DNA of 43,265 nt from Ignavibacteria bacterium (lineage in GTDB: Bacteria > Bacteroidota > Ignavibacteria > Kapaibacteriales > UBA2268): the NCBI GenBank assembly GCA_012522895.1, contig JAAYJM010000203.1, positions 1 through 43,265 of the forward strand, read 5' to 3'. This document shows positions 25,920 to 35,481 of this stretch, piece by piece (the first letter of the stretch is position 1; the number at the start of each line of letters is the position of its first letter). A program made the position numbers and the translations under genes. The notes beneath the pieces were generated by a model. It was given only the letters and a program-made list of their open reading frames with translations, searched no databases and had not been told where the DNA came from.

Positions 25920-28079
25920 TTGAGTTATGATATGGCAACGATGTCTCCCGACTGGAATACTATTCAAAACCTTCAGCAAAAAACTACAGAAGGGGAATTG
26001 TATTTGTTGAAATTTCTCGATGAAAATCTTGATGAAAGCTATGAGGTATATTTTCAGCCTTTTTTAAACGGAGATAGGCCAGATATTGTTGTAATGAGAC
26101 AAGGCTCAGGCGTATTGATAATTGAAGTAAAAGATTGGAGCTTGCAGAACTATGTTAACAGATGTGGGAAATGGTTTGTTAAAAAAGATGGACAAGAACA
26201 CCTTGTTTTATCACCCTACAAACAAGTTAAAAAATATAAAGAAAACCTTTATAACTTACATATACCTACACTTTTAGAAAATAAAATAAGAAATCCAAAT
26301 TTCTTTTCAGTAGTGAATTGCGCCTTGTATTTCCACAATTCAAATAAGCTTGAATTTAATGAATTTAACAAAGAAGAAAGTCCTTCTAATACAAAGTGGA
26401 TACGAGGCTTAACCCCAGATCAACTTAAAAGGAATGGATATTTTCAAAGGTTTCTTTATGAAACTTATTTGAGCAGGCAATCTATATTGTTTTTAGAAGA
26501 TTTGTATAATAGCTTTAAAAGGTTTTTTCAACCACCAACTCATACGATCGAAGAAGTAATTGAAATTACTTATTCTAAAGAGCAGAAACAATTGATAGAA
26601 AGTAAAGCTGGTGATAAAAAGATAAGAGGAGTAGCTGGTTCAGGTAAAACTATGGTGTTGGCTAAAAGGGCTGTAAATTCACACTTGAGAACTCGAGAGA
26701 AAGTTTTAATCCTAACTTATAACATTACTTTAAAAAACTATATTCATGATTTATTAAGTAAAGTCAGAGAAAACTTTGCTTGGGAGCATTTTAAAATCAA
26801 TAATTACCATAATTTTATAAATCATTTTTTAAACAATGAAGGGATATCGAAAGAAGAGCTTTTTAAAAGTGTCTTGCGCCAAGATTCAAAACTTATAAAA
26901 TTTGCAAATAATAATAATTTTGATAATCTTCAAGAGCAAATAGTTGAGGACTTAGGCAAAGAGGATTTGTCAGAAATTTGGGAAAAAGCTGTTTACTCGA
27001 ATTTAAATTTTTTTTCAAAGCATGAAATTTCTGTTTCTGACAAATATGATTCAATTTTTATTGATGAGGTCCAAGATTATCATTATGAATGGTTAGAAAT
27101 AATTAAAAAATGTTTCTTGAACTCAGGCGGAGAATATGTGCTATTTGGGGATGAAAAGCAAAATATTTATGAAAGGCAATTAGAAACTGATAAAAAAGTA
27201 AAAACAAATATTTCTGGTAGGTGGGATGAATCACTAAAAAAATCATTTAGACTTCATAAAAATATAGCTTCAATTGCAGCCGATTTTCAGAAAGAATTTC
27301 TTAATAAATACGAATTTGACAGTATAGAAATAGTTGAACAGAAATCACTTTTTAATGAAAATATTTTAAAAATTGAGTATCATGAGATTCGAAATGAGCC
27401 AGCAGTTATAGCAAATTTTATTAATTCATACATTGAAACTAACGGTATAAGTCCAAATGATGTAGCAGTTTTAGGCACAGCCGTTTCATTTTTAAGAAAT
27501 ATTGATTTTGAATTTAGGCAAGTAAGTAGAGAAAGGACTTCTACCACTTTTGAAACACAAGAAATGTTTGAGCTATTATTCCGAAAAGATTACAATTCCA
27601 TTTCAAAGGAGGATGAAGAAATCAAGCTAAATAAAAATTTTTTAGATGGTAATCTTCAAATTGCATTAAGAAAAGTTTTATCTAAAATAGATTTTATTGA
27701 AAACCCTGAAATATACACTGAAGTGCCAGATGAGGTTGGTTTGAATAATGATTACCGAGTAGACAATTTAGTAGAAAAAATTACTCCAAGAATTAATATG
27801 GAAATTGAAAATATAAGAAAGAACAAAAAAGTACATTTTTGGATGAATTCAGGTGTGGTTAAAATGTCAACAATTCACAGCTTTAAAGGTTGGGAAGTTC
27901 CTACATTGTTTTTATTGTTAGATAATATGAATGATAGATTTCCAAAGCATGAACTTATTTATACAGCTATAACAAGATGCAGATTTAATCTTGTTGTATT
28001 AAGCATTGGCTCTCAAACATATTCAGACTTCTTTAAACGTAAATGCAATATATTTCAACCTATTAATGGCGTTGATTGA
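25920..28079 (+). CDS. NERD-domain nuclease fused to UvrD/Rep-like SF1 helicase
   Basis: 719-aa ORF. The track start is TTG at 25920; the first ATG is at 25932. NERD/PD-(D/E)XK-like N-terminus ..GDRPDIVVMRQGSGVLIIEVKDW... Walker A GVAGSGKTMVLAKRA. Motif II SIFIDEVQDYH. C-terminal UvrD_C motifs ..MSTIHSFKGWEVPTLFLLL.. and ..LIYTAITRCRFNLVVL... Confidence 0.85.
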   Translation: MSYDMATMSPDWNTIQNLQQKTTEGELYLLKFLDENLDESYEVYFQPFLNGDRPDIVVMRQGSGVLIIEVKDWSLQNYVNRCGKWFVKKDGQEHLVLSPYKQVKKYKENLYNLHIPTLLENKIRNPNFFSVVNCALYFHNSNKLEFNEFNKEESPSNTKWIRGLTPDQLKRNGYFQRFLYETYLSRQSILFLEDLYNSFKRFFQPPTHTIEEVIEITYSKEQKQLIESKAGDKKIRGVAGSGKTMVLAKRAVNSHLRTREKVLILTYNITLKNYIHDLLSKVRENFAWEHFKINNYHNFINHFLNNEGISKEELFKSVLRQDSKLIKFANNNNFDNLQEQIVEDLGKEDLSEIWEKAVYSNLNFFSKHEISVSDKYDSIFIDEVQDYHYEWLEIIKKCFLNSGGEYVLFGDEKQNIYERQLETDKKVKTNISGRWDESLKKSFRLHKNIASIAADFQKEFLNKYEFDSIEIVEQKSLFNENILKIEYHEIRNEPAVIANFINSYIETNGISPNDVAVLGTAVSFLRNIDFEFRQVSRERTSTTFETQEMFELLFRKDYNSISKEDEEIKLNKNFLDGNLQIALRKVLSKIDFIENPEIYTEVPDEVGLNNDYRVDNLVEKITPRINMEIENIRKNKKVHFWMNSGVVKMSTIHSFKGWEVPTLFLLLDNMNDRFPKHELIYTAITRCRFNLVVLSIGSQTYSDFFKRKCNIFQPINGVD

Positions 28080-28213
28080 AATACCAGCTATCCTAATCTC
28101 TCGCTTTACTCCGAAGGGCTTTTCCTTTTTATAAAATGCTTGAAGTGCCAACTTTTTTTCAATCAAGCAATCTTCTAATTGGCAAGCAGAATGTATGTAT
28201 TGGATGCTAAAAG

Positions 28214-28239
28214 CTGTCCAACTTGCTGGTAGCAGGGCA
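28214..28239 (+). repeat. 26-nt direct repeat, left copy (CTGTCCAACTTGCTGGTAGCAGGGCA)
   Basis: 24/26 identical to 35482-35507, in the same orientation. Weaker similarity extends ~8 nt upstream (GCTAAAAG vs GTTAAAT). Confidence 0.75.
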
Positions 28240-28445
28240 TACAGATTATTGCTAATGATACATTAACAGAAGAAAGATTTGGCAGAATACTGCATATTAG
28301 CGGCCTTCAAAATCGAAGTAGGTATTTTGACGATGAACTTATTTATACAACAATAACAAGGGCAAGATTTAACATAATCATACTTAATCTTGGCGTGATG
28401 AAATACCATCAATTTTTTGAAAGTTCAATAAGAAATGGAATATAA
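28233..28445 (+). pseudogene. C-terminal remnant of a second UvrD-like helicase gene
   Basis: Open frame of 70 codons bounded upstream by TAG (28230-28232), with no start codon. It encodes ..ERFGRILHISGLQNRSRYFDDELIYTTITRARFNIIILNLGVMKYHQFFESSIRNGI*. This aligns with the last ~60 aa of the 719-aa helicase (..TIHSFKGWE...HELIYTAITRCRFNLVVLSIGSQTYSDFFKR..; 13/21 identical over the ELIYT..G core). Confidence 0.6.
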
Positions 28446-28579
28446 AGAAGTGAAAACAATAACGAAAGTTGGTATGGTAATTGAAATCAAATTTAAGGTA
28501 AATGTAAATTTTTTCGATGAAATAAACTCTGCATTTTAGTATTAAATAATAAAATTAAGATATAAGGGGAAATTCAGTT

Positions 28580-31500
28580 ATGTTATTAGACAACAAAACA
28601 AGCATTGCCGGTAGAAAATACTTTAAAGTGTTTGATTATTTAAAGGCTTATGCAGGCGAAAACGGAACGATGAATATAGTTACCGGCTACTTTACAATTT
28701 ATGCTTTATCTGAAATTTACGATAAGCTATGCAAGAAAAATGTTAAGGATGAGCAAGAAGACGGGAATATACAATGCAAATTTAGATTGCTGCTTGGGTA
28801 TTTGATAGCAAAATATGACAAAAAGGATAAAATTATTGATTTACTGAGAGAAGATCTAGATATTGACAAAACTCTTAGGTTAAGCTCGTATGCTAAAAAA
28901 GCTATAAAATTTCTTGAGCAAGATGCAGTTCAAATTAAGCATATTTCAGATAGCTTTTGCCACGCTAAAGCCTTCATTTATGAAGAAGATGACAGTCGCC
29001 ATAAGTTCTATATTGTCGGAAGTTCGAATTTGACGGAAGCCGGTCTTGGAATTCAAAGGTCATCAAATATTGAGCTTAATATCGCTATTTCAGGTGGAGA
29101 TTCAGACTATGAGGATATTTTGCAATGGTTCAATCAACTTTGGAAAAACACTGCGAGCGACAAAATCAAACAGAATGGAGGTCGAAAAGTTGACCTAAAA
29201 GAACACTTAATCGAGAAGATTCAAGATTTTTTCATTAAGCGCAGCCCTAAAGATATTTATTATAAGATTCTTTATGAGCTATTTAAAAAAGATTTTGATA
29301 ACGGGATACTTGATCCTGTTTTTCAAAGAGAAATTGCTTTTGTCCAAGATACAAGGCTTTACAAAGCTCTTTACCCCTTCCAAAAAAAAGCAGTCATTAG
29401 CTTAATAAAAATGCTTCTAAAAAGAAATGGTGCTATTCTTGCTGACGCTGTGGGTCTTGGTAAAACATGGACTGCGCTTGCTGTTATGAAATATTTTGAA
29501 ATGCAAGGATATAGAATTGTTGTCTTTTGTCCTAAAAAACTTGCTCAAAATTGGAAACAGTACTTATATGGAAATAGATCTAAGTTCGATAAAGATAAAT
29601 TGGATTATTGGGTTCGCTTCCACACCGATTTACAGGACGAAAGATTAGACCGCTACGATAGGAAGCTAAATGCCTTGCAAGGGAATCCCAAAATATTGTT
29701 TGTTATTGACGAAAGCCATAATTTAAGAAACGATAAGTCATCAAGATATGGATTTCTTGTGGAAAATGTATTGAAGAAAAATAGAGATGTAAAAGTATTG
29801 CAGCTTTCGGCTACTCCGATTAATAATAGATTGATTGATGTTAGAAATCAATTCAAATTGATTGTAAAAGGAGAGGATGCTGGGTTTGAAAAATCAGATG
29901 TCGAAATAAAAAGCCTTGAAAGACTTTTTGCAAGAGCTCAAAGAGATTTCAAAGAGTGGCAGGAAAATGATGATAGAAAAATATGTGATTTTATATCAAA
30001 ATTAGATAATAAATTTTTTACATTAACGGATTCATTAATCGTTGCTCGAACTAGGCCTATCATAGAAAAAGAATTTGACAGCTTAAGGTTTCCAAAAAAA
30101 GAAAAACCGAAAAACGTATTCATAAGCCCTGAGAATATTGGTTCCCTTCGGGCTTTTGATGAGATTTTAAACGCTTGTGCAGTAAATTTAACTGCGTATA
30201 GACCAAGCGAATATACAGAAGTGGCAAAACCTGTAAGCGTTCTGGAAGACCAACAACAACGTGAAAAGTTTTTATGCAAAATGATGTATATTCTTTTTGT
30301 TAAAAGATTGGAATCGAGCTGGTATTCATTTAAAATTACAATTAATAAAATTTTAGAGCAGCACCAAAAAGCACTTAAAAAAGTCAACAATTACTTGAAA
30401 AGCACAAGTCGTTCGTCAGACATTGAGATTGACAGCGTTGATTATGAACAATTTGAAGAGTATGAAGATGAGCCTGAATTTGAACTTGGGGCAAAGAATC
30501 CAATCAGAATTTCAAGCATATCGAATATACAATTATTTAAAGAGCATCTTGAAAAAGACATAGAAAAAATGGAAAACTTAAAAGAAAATTTAATAAAGTA
30601 TTCTGAAACAGTTCAAAATGATTATAAATGCGATACTAAAATCAATAAATTGATAGAAATAATTAGAGAAAAACAAGAGAAATCAAATAATAAAAAAGTC
30701 GTTATCTTTACTACATTTAGCGATACAGCTAAATATATTTTCGACACACTAAAAAAAGTTGGACTAAAAAGGATTGCTTTCGTTAGCGGTAGCAAGTGCA
30801 AAACTGACGAACCTTTAAGTAATAAATCTGATAGATTTGATGCAATTCTCGAGCGCTTTGCCCCCTTCACTAAACTTTTCAACGAAAAAGATTGGTCTAC
30901 GCTTTATGAAGAAAATTCAATTGAGACAATACAAGATTATGAAGAATGGAAAAAATTTGTAATAAAGCACGACAAGGATACCCGCGTAAAACTTGAAAAT
31001 CCAATCGACATACTTATCGCAACAGACTGCTTAAGCGAGGGACAAAACTTGCAAGATGCCGATTGCGTGATTAATTACGATATTCACTGGAATCCCGTTC
31101 GACTCGTGCAAAGGTTTGGGCGTATAGATAGAATTGGCTCGCCAAATGAATCAATTATTGGCATTAACTTTTGGCCCGCTAAGGACTATGAAGATTATTT
31201 GAGGCTTAAAGAAAGAGTAGAAACAAGAATGGCACTTATGACAGTGGTCGGTGCTGAAGTCGATGAAGAACTGACGCAGGAATTGCGAGAGATGCTGGAA
31301 GATAATCCGCTTCTTGCGAAGCAAACTGAAAAAATGCTCGAACAACTTCAAGAAACTTGGGAGGGAATTGAGCAAGAAAACGAAAAATTTGGAATGAGCG
31401 ATTTATCACTTGAGTTGCATAGACAAGATTTTTATGATAAGATGATGGAAAACAGAAAAGAATATGAATCTATTCCAAATGGCGTTTTTTCTGGATTCAA

Positions 31501-31942
31501 AGCAAAACCAGATGCCGATTTCCCAAATTTACCGAATGGCATAATCGCTGCTCTCGGCTATCCAAAAAATAGAATAGAAGAAGAAAATTTTTATTACGAT
31601 GAAATACATTTGCTTTACATTGACTCAAAAGGCACAAGTTTATTTAAAAATAGTAGTGAAATTTTAGCTATATTGAGAAAACATAAAGAAGAGGATAGAT
31701 ATGTCCCTGATAAAATTGAAAACGTTGACAAAGATGAAATTAAAATACTTGCAGATTTGCTTAAAAAAGTAATAAAAGGACAAAGAGGAGAGCAAGCTGT
31801 AGAAGAAATAAATAATCTTTTTCAATATGGCGCCCTCCCGAGAAACCAGGGAGAAAATATGCTGATTGAAGAAAAATTTAAACCAGAAAATTTCGACTTA
31901 ATTACTTGGGTAGTTGTTTCTGATAATAAGGATATTGAATAA
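28580..31942 (+). CDS. PLD-family (single HKD) nuclease domain fused to SNF2-family SF2 ATPase/helicase
   Basis: 1120 aa with the Shine-Dalgarno-like AAGGGG 10 nt upstream. N-terminal HKD-type motif CHAKAFIYE..x..[15 protein letters not shown]2 motifs: [41 protein letters not shown], then a long inter-lobe insertion. C-lobe ..[14 protein letters not shown].., ..[43 protein letters not shown]. Confidence 0.85.
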   Translation: MLLDNKTSIAGRKYFKVFDYLKAYAGENGTMNIVTGYFTIYALSEIYDKLCKKNVKDEQEDGNIQCKFRLLLGYLIAKYDKKDKIIDLLREDLDIDKTLRLSSYAKKAIKFLEQDAVQIKHISDSFCHAKAFIYEEDDSRHKFYIVGSSNLTEAGLGIQRSSNIELNIAISGGDSDYEDILQWFNQLWKNTASDKIKQNGGRKVDLKEHLIEKIQDFFIKRSPKDIYYKILYELFKKDFDNGILDPVFQREIAFVQDTRLYKALYPFQKKAVISLIKMLLKRNGAILADAVGLGKTWTALAVMKYFEMQGYRIVVFCPKKLAQNWKQYLYGNRSKFDKDKLDYWVRFHTDLQDERLDRYDRKLNALQGNPKILFVIDESHNLRNDKSSRYGFLVENVLKKNRDVKVLQLSATPINNRLIDVRNQFKLIVKGEDAGFEKSDVEIKSLERLFARAQRDFKEWQENDDRKICDFISKLDNKFFTLTDSLIVARTRPIIEKEFDSLRFPKKEKPKNVFISPENIGSLRAFDEILNACAVNLTAYRPSEYTEVAKPVSVLEDQQQREKFLCKMMYILFVKRLESSWYSFKITINKILEQHQKALKKVNNYLKSTSRSSDIEIDSVDYEQFEEYEDEPEFELGAKNPIRISSISNIQLFKEHLEKDIEKMENLKENLIKYSETVQNDYKCDTKINKLIEIIREKQEKSNNKKVVIFTTFSDTAKYIFDTLKKVGLKRIAFVSGSKCKTDEPLSNKSDRFDAILERFAPFTKLFNEKDWSTLYEENSIETIQDYEEWKKFVIKHDKDTRVKLENPIDILIATDCLSEGQNLQDADCVINYDIHWNPVRLVQRFGRIDRIGSPNESIIGINFWPAKDYEDYLRLKERVETRMALMTVVGAEVDEELTQELREMLEDNPLLAKQTEKMLEQLQETWEGIEQENEKFGMSDLSLELHRQDFYDKMMENRKEYESIPNGVFSGFKAKPDADFPNLPNGIIAALGYPKNRIEEENFYYDEIHLLYIDSKGTSLFKNSSEILAILRKHKEEDRYVPDKIENVDKDEIKILADLLKKVIKGQRGEQAVEEINNLFQYGALPRNQGENMLIEEKFKPENFDLITWVVVSDNKDIE

Positions 31943-34900
31943 ATGGATTTAACTAAATTTAACTCTGAAAATCTTTTTGAAGCTGGGCTTTCTTTTTTTA
32001 AGCAGCTTAGCGTTCCTTTGAAACTTATGACTAAGGAAAAAGTTTCAGCAGAAAGCATTTTAAAAAATCATTTTAAGCCATTGCCAGTTTTTAAATCTAT
32101 CGTAGAGACTTATTTTCTTGGAACTATTGAAGAATCAGTTTTTGAAACGACTTCAAATGAAGAAAAAACTGAGCAAAGCTTCGATGAATTTATTGAAGAA
32201 GTTGATGAGAAATATAAAATCATTATGATTTTTGCTCTTAAACTTGAAAATTATGCCCCCACGAGAACGGAAATAGCAAGCCTTGTAAGAGCTTTCAATA
32301 GAGCAAGCAAAGAAGCACCAGTGATTTTATTGCTCAAATATGAAAACGGGGACAGCAGCTTTCTTACTTTTTCTACCATAGAAAGAACTGCCTACACCCA
32401 AAAATGGCGAGAAGGTGAAAAGTTGGGCAAAGTCTCTATGCTCAAAGACATTAATATCGAAAAGCCACACGCCGGGCATTTGAAAATTCTGCAAGATTTG
32501 AAATTGAAGTCCGATGTAAAATGCTTTGAGGCTCTATACAAACAATGGAAAGAAGTTTTTGACATTCAGTTGCTCAATAAACAATTTTATAAAGAAATTG
32601 CAAATTGGTATTTCTGGGCTAAATCGGTAGTTAAATTCCCAACGATTGCAGGCACTGAGGAAAAAACTCAGGCTGACGCAAGTTTAATTCGCTTGCTTAC
32701 TCGAATTATTTTCATTTGGTTCTTGAAAGAAAAAAAACTTGTTCAAGATGAATTGTTTAATAAAAATTCCCTTGATACTATTTTAGATTACAAAGACGAA
32801 ACCGGCTCAACCTATTACAAAGCTATATTGCAAAATTTGTTCTTTGCGACATTAAATACAGCAATGAAAAAGGACAAGCCAAAAAGTAGGATTTTTATTG
32901 AAGACGCAAAGAAATATGGCTATATTAATGACGGATACCTCCAATCTGGCTATTATAGATATAAAAGATTTATTAAAAAGCCCGACACGTTGCTGAAATT
33001 GTTTGCAAATATTCCTTTTCTCAATGGCGGACTTTTTGAGTGCTTGGATAGTAAAATTGATGGAAAAGAAATTAGAATTGATTGCTTTTCCGACAATAAG
33101 AAAAATGAATCGCTTTTAAAAGTGCCAGATGAATTATTCTTTAGCCAAGAAAAAGATAATGATCTTAATAAAGATTATGGAACTAAAAATAAAATATACA
33201 AAGTATGCGGCTTAATCAATATTTTAAATAGGTATAAATTTACTATTGATGAAAATACGCCATTGGAAGAAGACATTGCTCTCGACCCAGAATTACTGGG
33301 AAGGGTGTTTGAAAATCTTTTAGCAAACTACAATCCCGAAACTGGCGACACTGCTCGAAAGGCTACAGGCTCATTTTACACCCCTCGCGAAATCGTAAAT
33401 TATATGGCCGATGAGAGTTTAATCGCATACCTCGAAGAAAAATTTGAAAAAAACAAAGAAAGCACAGATCATCCCTCAAATAGGGAAAGGCTGAAAAAAC
33501 TGCTTACTTATGCCGAAGATGAGCCGGACTTTAACGAAAACGAAGTCCAAACAATTATTGATGCTATTGATAAAATTAAAATACTCGACCCCGCCTGCGG
33601 CTCCGGCGCTTTCCCTATGGGGATACTTCATAAATTAGTGCATATACTTCATAAACTTGACCCTGAAAACGAAAGATGGAAGAAAAAACTTATCGAAAAA
33701 ACGCCTTACGAAATTCGGACTGAAACTGAAAAAGCACTCGAAGGAAAGCCACTTGATTACATCCGCAAACTCGGACTTATTGAGTCCTGCATCTATGGTG
33801 TTGATATTCAGCCGATTGCCATTCAAATTGCTAAACTTAGATTTTTTATCTCCTTAATCGTTGAGCAAAAAATTGACGACTCGAAAGAAAATCGCGATAT
33901 TAGACCTTTGCCCAATCTTGAAACTAAATTTGTTGCTGCTAATACGCTTATTGGATTAGAACAAGACGATAGCTTAAAATCCGAATATGTGGAGAAAGCT
34001 GAACATAATTTATTCGATATTAGAAGAAAAATTTTTTATTCTAATAGCTCAAGCGTAAAAAAAGTTTTGCAAAAAAAGGAAAAAGAAGCCCGAGAAAATC
34101 TAAAAGAAGCATTGAAACAGAGCGGCTTTAATAACCAAATAGCTGAAAAAATTGCATCTTGGGATCCATTCGAGCAAAACAGCTCGGCTAATTGGTTCGA
34201 CCCTGAATTTATGTTCGGTCTGAAAAATGGTTTCGATATTGTGATTGGAAATCCACCTTATGGTGCGAAATATCCAGAAAAATATAAAAAATACTTCAAG
34301 GATAACTATGAATCTGCCAAAACAAAAGAAATAATTGAAAATGGACAAAAAGTAAAGTTAAAAGGTTCGCTTGATACTTTTTCGCTGTTTATTGATAAAA
34401 GCATGCAAATTATTAATAACAACTCCTTCTTGACTTTTATAGTGCCTTTGGCTATTACTTCAAGTGACTCAATGTTATCTTTACATAGGATAATGTTTGA
34501 AAAATGCGAAACAATTAAAGTATCAACTTATTCTGACCGACCCAAAAAGATTTTTGACAATGCCGAGCAAGCTGTATCGATCCTAAGTTTTCAAAAAAAC
34601 AACAAACAGAATACAAACTTATTTACAACAAAGGTTAATAAAAAGTATTCAGATACAAGTATCAGCACAGTATTAGAAAAACTGAAGTTTATTAACTCTA
34701 AGGATTTCGTGTTACCAGGAAGAATACCAAAAATTGGTTTACCTATAGAACTTAAAATTTTGGAAAAGATTTTTACAATAAAAACAACAATCAAAGACCT
34801 GCTGGTTAAAGAGAATGGGAATCCAATTTATTACAGAGCGGCTGGCGGTAGATATTTTAAGGTGATTACAAATTATACAACTAATTCATCAGCAGAAAAG

Positions 34901-35284
34901 TATCTTATTTTTGACAAAAATATTTGTAATACAATTGGAGCAATACTAAGCACCAATTTATACTATTGGTTTTATCATATTTACTCTGATACTTTAAATA
35001 TGAAGTTGTATGAACTAGAAATTATGCCAATTCCAGTTGATAAACTAGTTCACCAAAAAGACAAAATTGAAAGATTATATGATGAATACCTAAAAGACCT
35101 GCACAAGAACTCAAAGATAAAAAAAGTTAACTATTCCCACATTTCTGAATATCGTGAGTATTATGCCAGAAAGTCCAAGCATATTATAGATCAAATAGAT
35201 TTAGCCATACAAGATGCATACGGTTTTACAGATGAAGAAATAAATTTTATAATAAATTATGATATTGAATTCAGGCTGGGTTAA
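31943..35284 (+). CDS. Large gamma-class N6-adenine DNA methyltransferase (Eco57I/PglX/DrmMI-like) with C-terminal target-recognition domain
   Basis: 1113 aa. The ATG directly abuts the TAA of the upstream gene (TAAATG). Motif X ATGSFYTPREIVNYM, motif I ILDPACGSGAFPMG and motif IV DIVIGNPPYG occur in gamma-class order. The C-terminal ~330 aa has a TaqI-C-like TRD signature (..ILSTNLYYWFYHIYS..YELEIMPIPV..) and a typical tail YGFTDEEINFIINYD. The N-terminal ~450 aa are unassigned. Confidence 0.85.
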   Translation: MDLTKFNSENLFEAGLSFFKQLSVPLKLMTKEKVSAESILKNHFKPLPVFKSIVETYFLGTIEESVFETTSNEEKTEQSFDEFIEEVDEKYKIIMIFALKLENYAPTRTEIASLVRAFNRASKEAPVILLLKYENGDSSFLTFSTIERTAYTQKWREGEKLGKVSMLKDINIEKPHAGHLKILQDLKLKSDVKCFEALYKQWKEVFDIQLLNKQFYKEIANWYFWAKSVVKFPTIAGTEEKTQADASLIRLLTRIIFIWFLKEKKLVQDELFNKNSLDTILDYKDETGSTYYKAILQNLFFATLNTAMKKDKPKSRIFIEDAKKYGYINDGYLQSGYYRYKRFIKKPDTLLKLFANIPFLNGGLFECLDSKIDGKEIRIDCFSDNKKNESLLKVPDELFFSQEKDNDLNKDYGTKNKIYKVCGLINILNRYKFTIDENTPLEEDIALDPELLGRVFENLLANYNPETGDTARKATGSFYTPREIVNYMADESLIAYLEEKFEKNKESTDHPSNRERLKKLLTYAEDEPDFNENEVQTIIDAIDKIKILDPACGSGAFPMGILHKLVHILHKLDPENERWKKKLIEKTPYEIRTETEKALEGKPLDYIRKLGLIESCIYGVDIQPIAIQIAKLRFFISLIVEQKIDDSKENRDIRPLPNLETKFVAANTLIGLEQDDSLKSEYVEKAEHNLFDIRRKIFYSNSSSVKKVLQKKEKEARENLKEALKQSGFNNQIAEKIASWDPFEQNSSANWFDPEFMFGLKNGFDIVIGNPPYGAKYPEKYKKYFKDNYESAKTKEIIENGQKVKLKGSLDTFSLFIDKSMQIINNNSFLTFIVPLAITSSDSMLSLHRIMFEKCETIKVSTYSDRPKKIFDNAEQAVSILSFQKNNKQNTNLFTTKVNKKYSDTSISTVLEKLKFINSKDFVLPGRIPKIGLPIELKILEKIFTIKTTIKDLLVKENGNPIYYRAAGGRYFKVITNYTTNSSAEKYLIFDKNICNTIGAILSTNLYYWFYHIYSDTLNMKLYELEIMPIPVDKLVHQKDKIERLYDEYLKDLHKNSKIKKVNYSHISEYREYYARKSKHIIDQIDLAIQDAYGFTDEEINFIINYDIEFRLG

Positions 35285-35481
35285 GCAAGCATATAACTAA
35301 ACCCCATTCCAGCGTTCCGATTTAGAACAATAAATCGAGCTTTTTGTCCGCCGCTTGCTTGTGACAGCAGCGTCATTTTATCTATATCTTTTTTTGAAAA
35401 TAAAGTTCCAATCAAAACTGCGGGACTTCCAAAAAAATTGAACAGCTGAATATAATTTAATCAATATATAAGTTGTTAAAT

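Noticed and set aside
25920-35284. Classifying the three large genes as canonical BREX, DISARM, Type I, Type III or Gabija
   Set aside because: The hallmark partners are missing from the window. There is no PglZ/BrxC/BrxL, no DrmA/DrmB (DUF1998), no HsdS, no Res-type PD-ExK helicase with a beta-class Mod, and no OLD/TOPRIM GajA. Only partial resemblance remains, so I report the locus as atypical rather than assign a known class.
35281-35460. 59-codon open frame on the minus strand downstream of the methyltransferase (..FGSPAVLIGTLFSKKDIDKMTLLSQASGGQKARFIVLNRNAGMGFSYMLA*)
   Set aside because: There is no start codon at its 5' end and I recognise no motif. It could be another gene remnant, but I cannot support that from the sequence alone.
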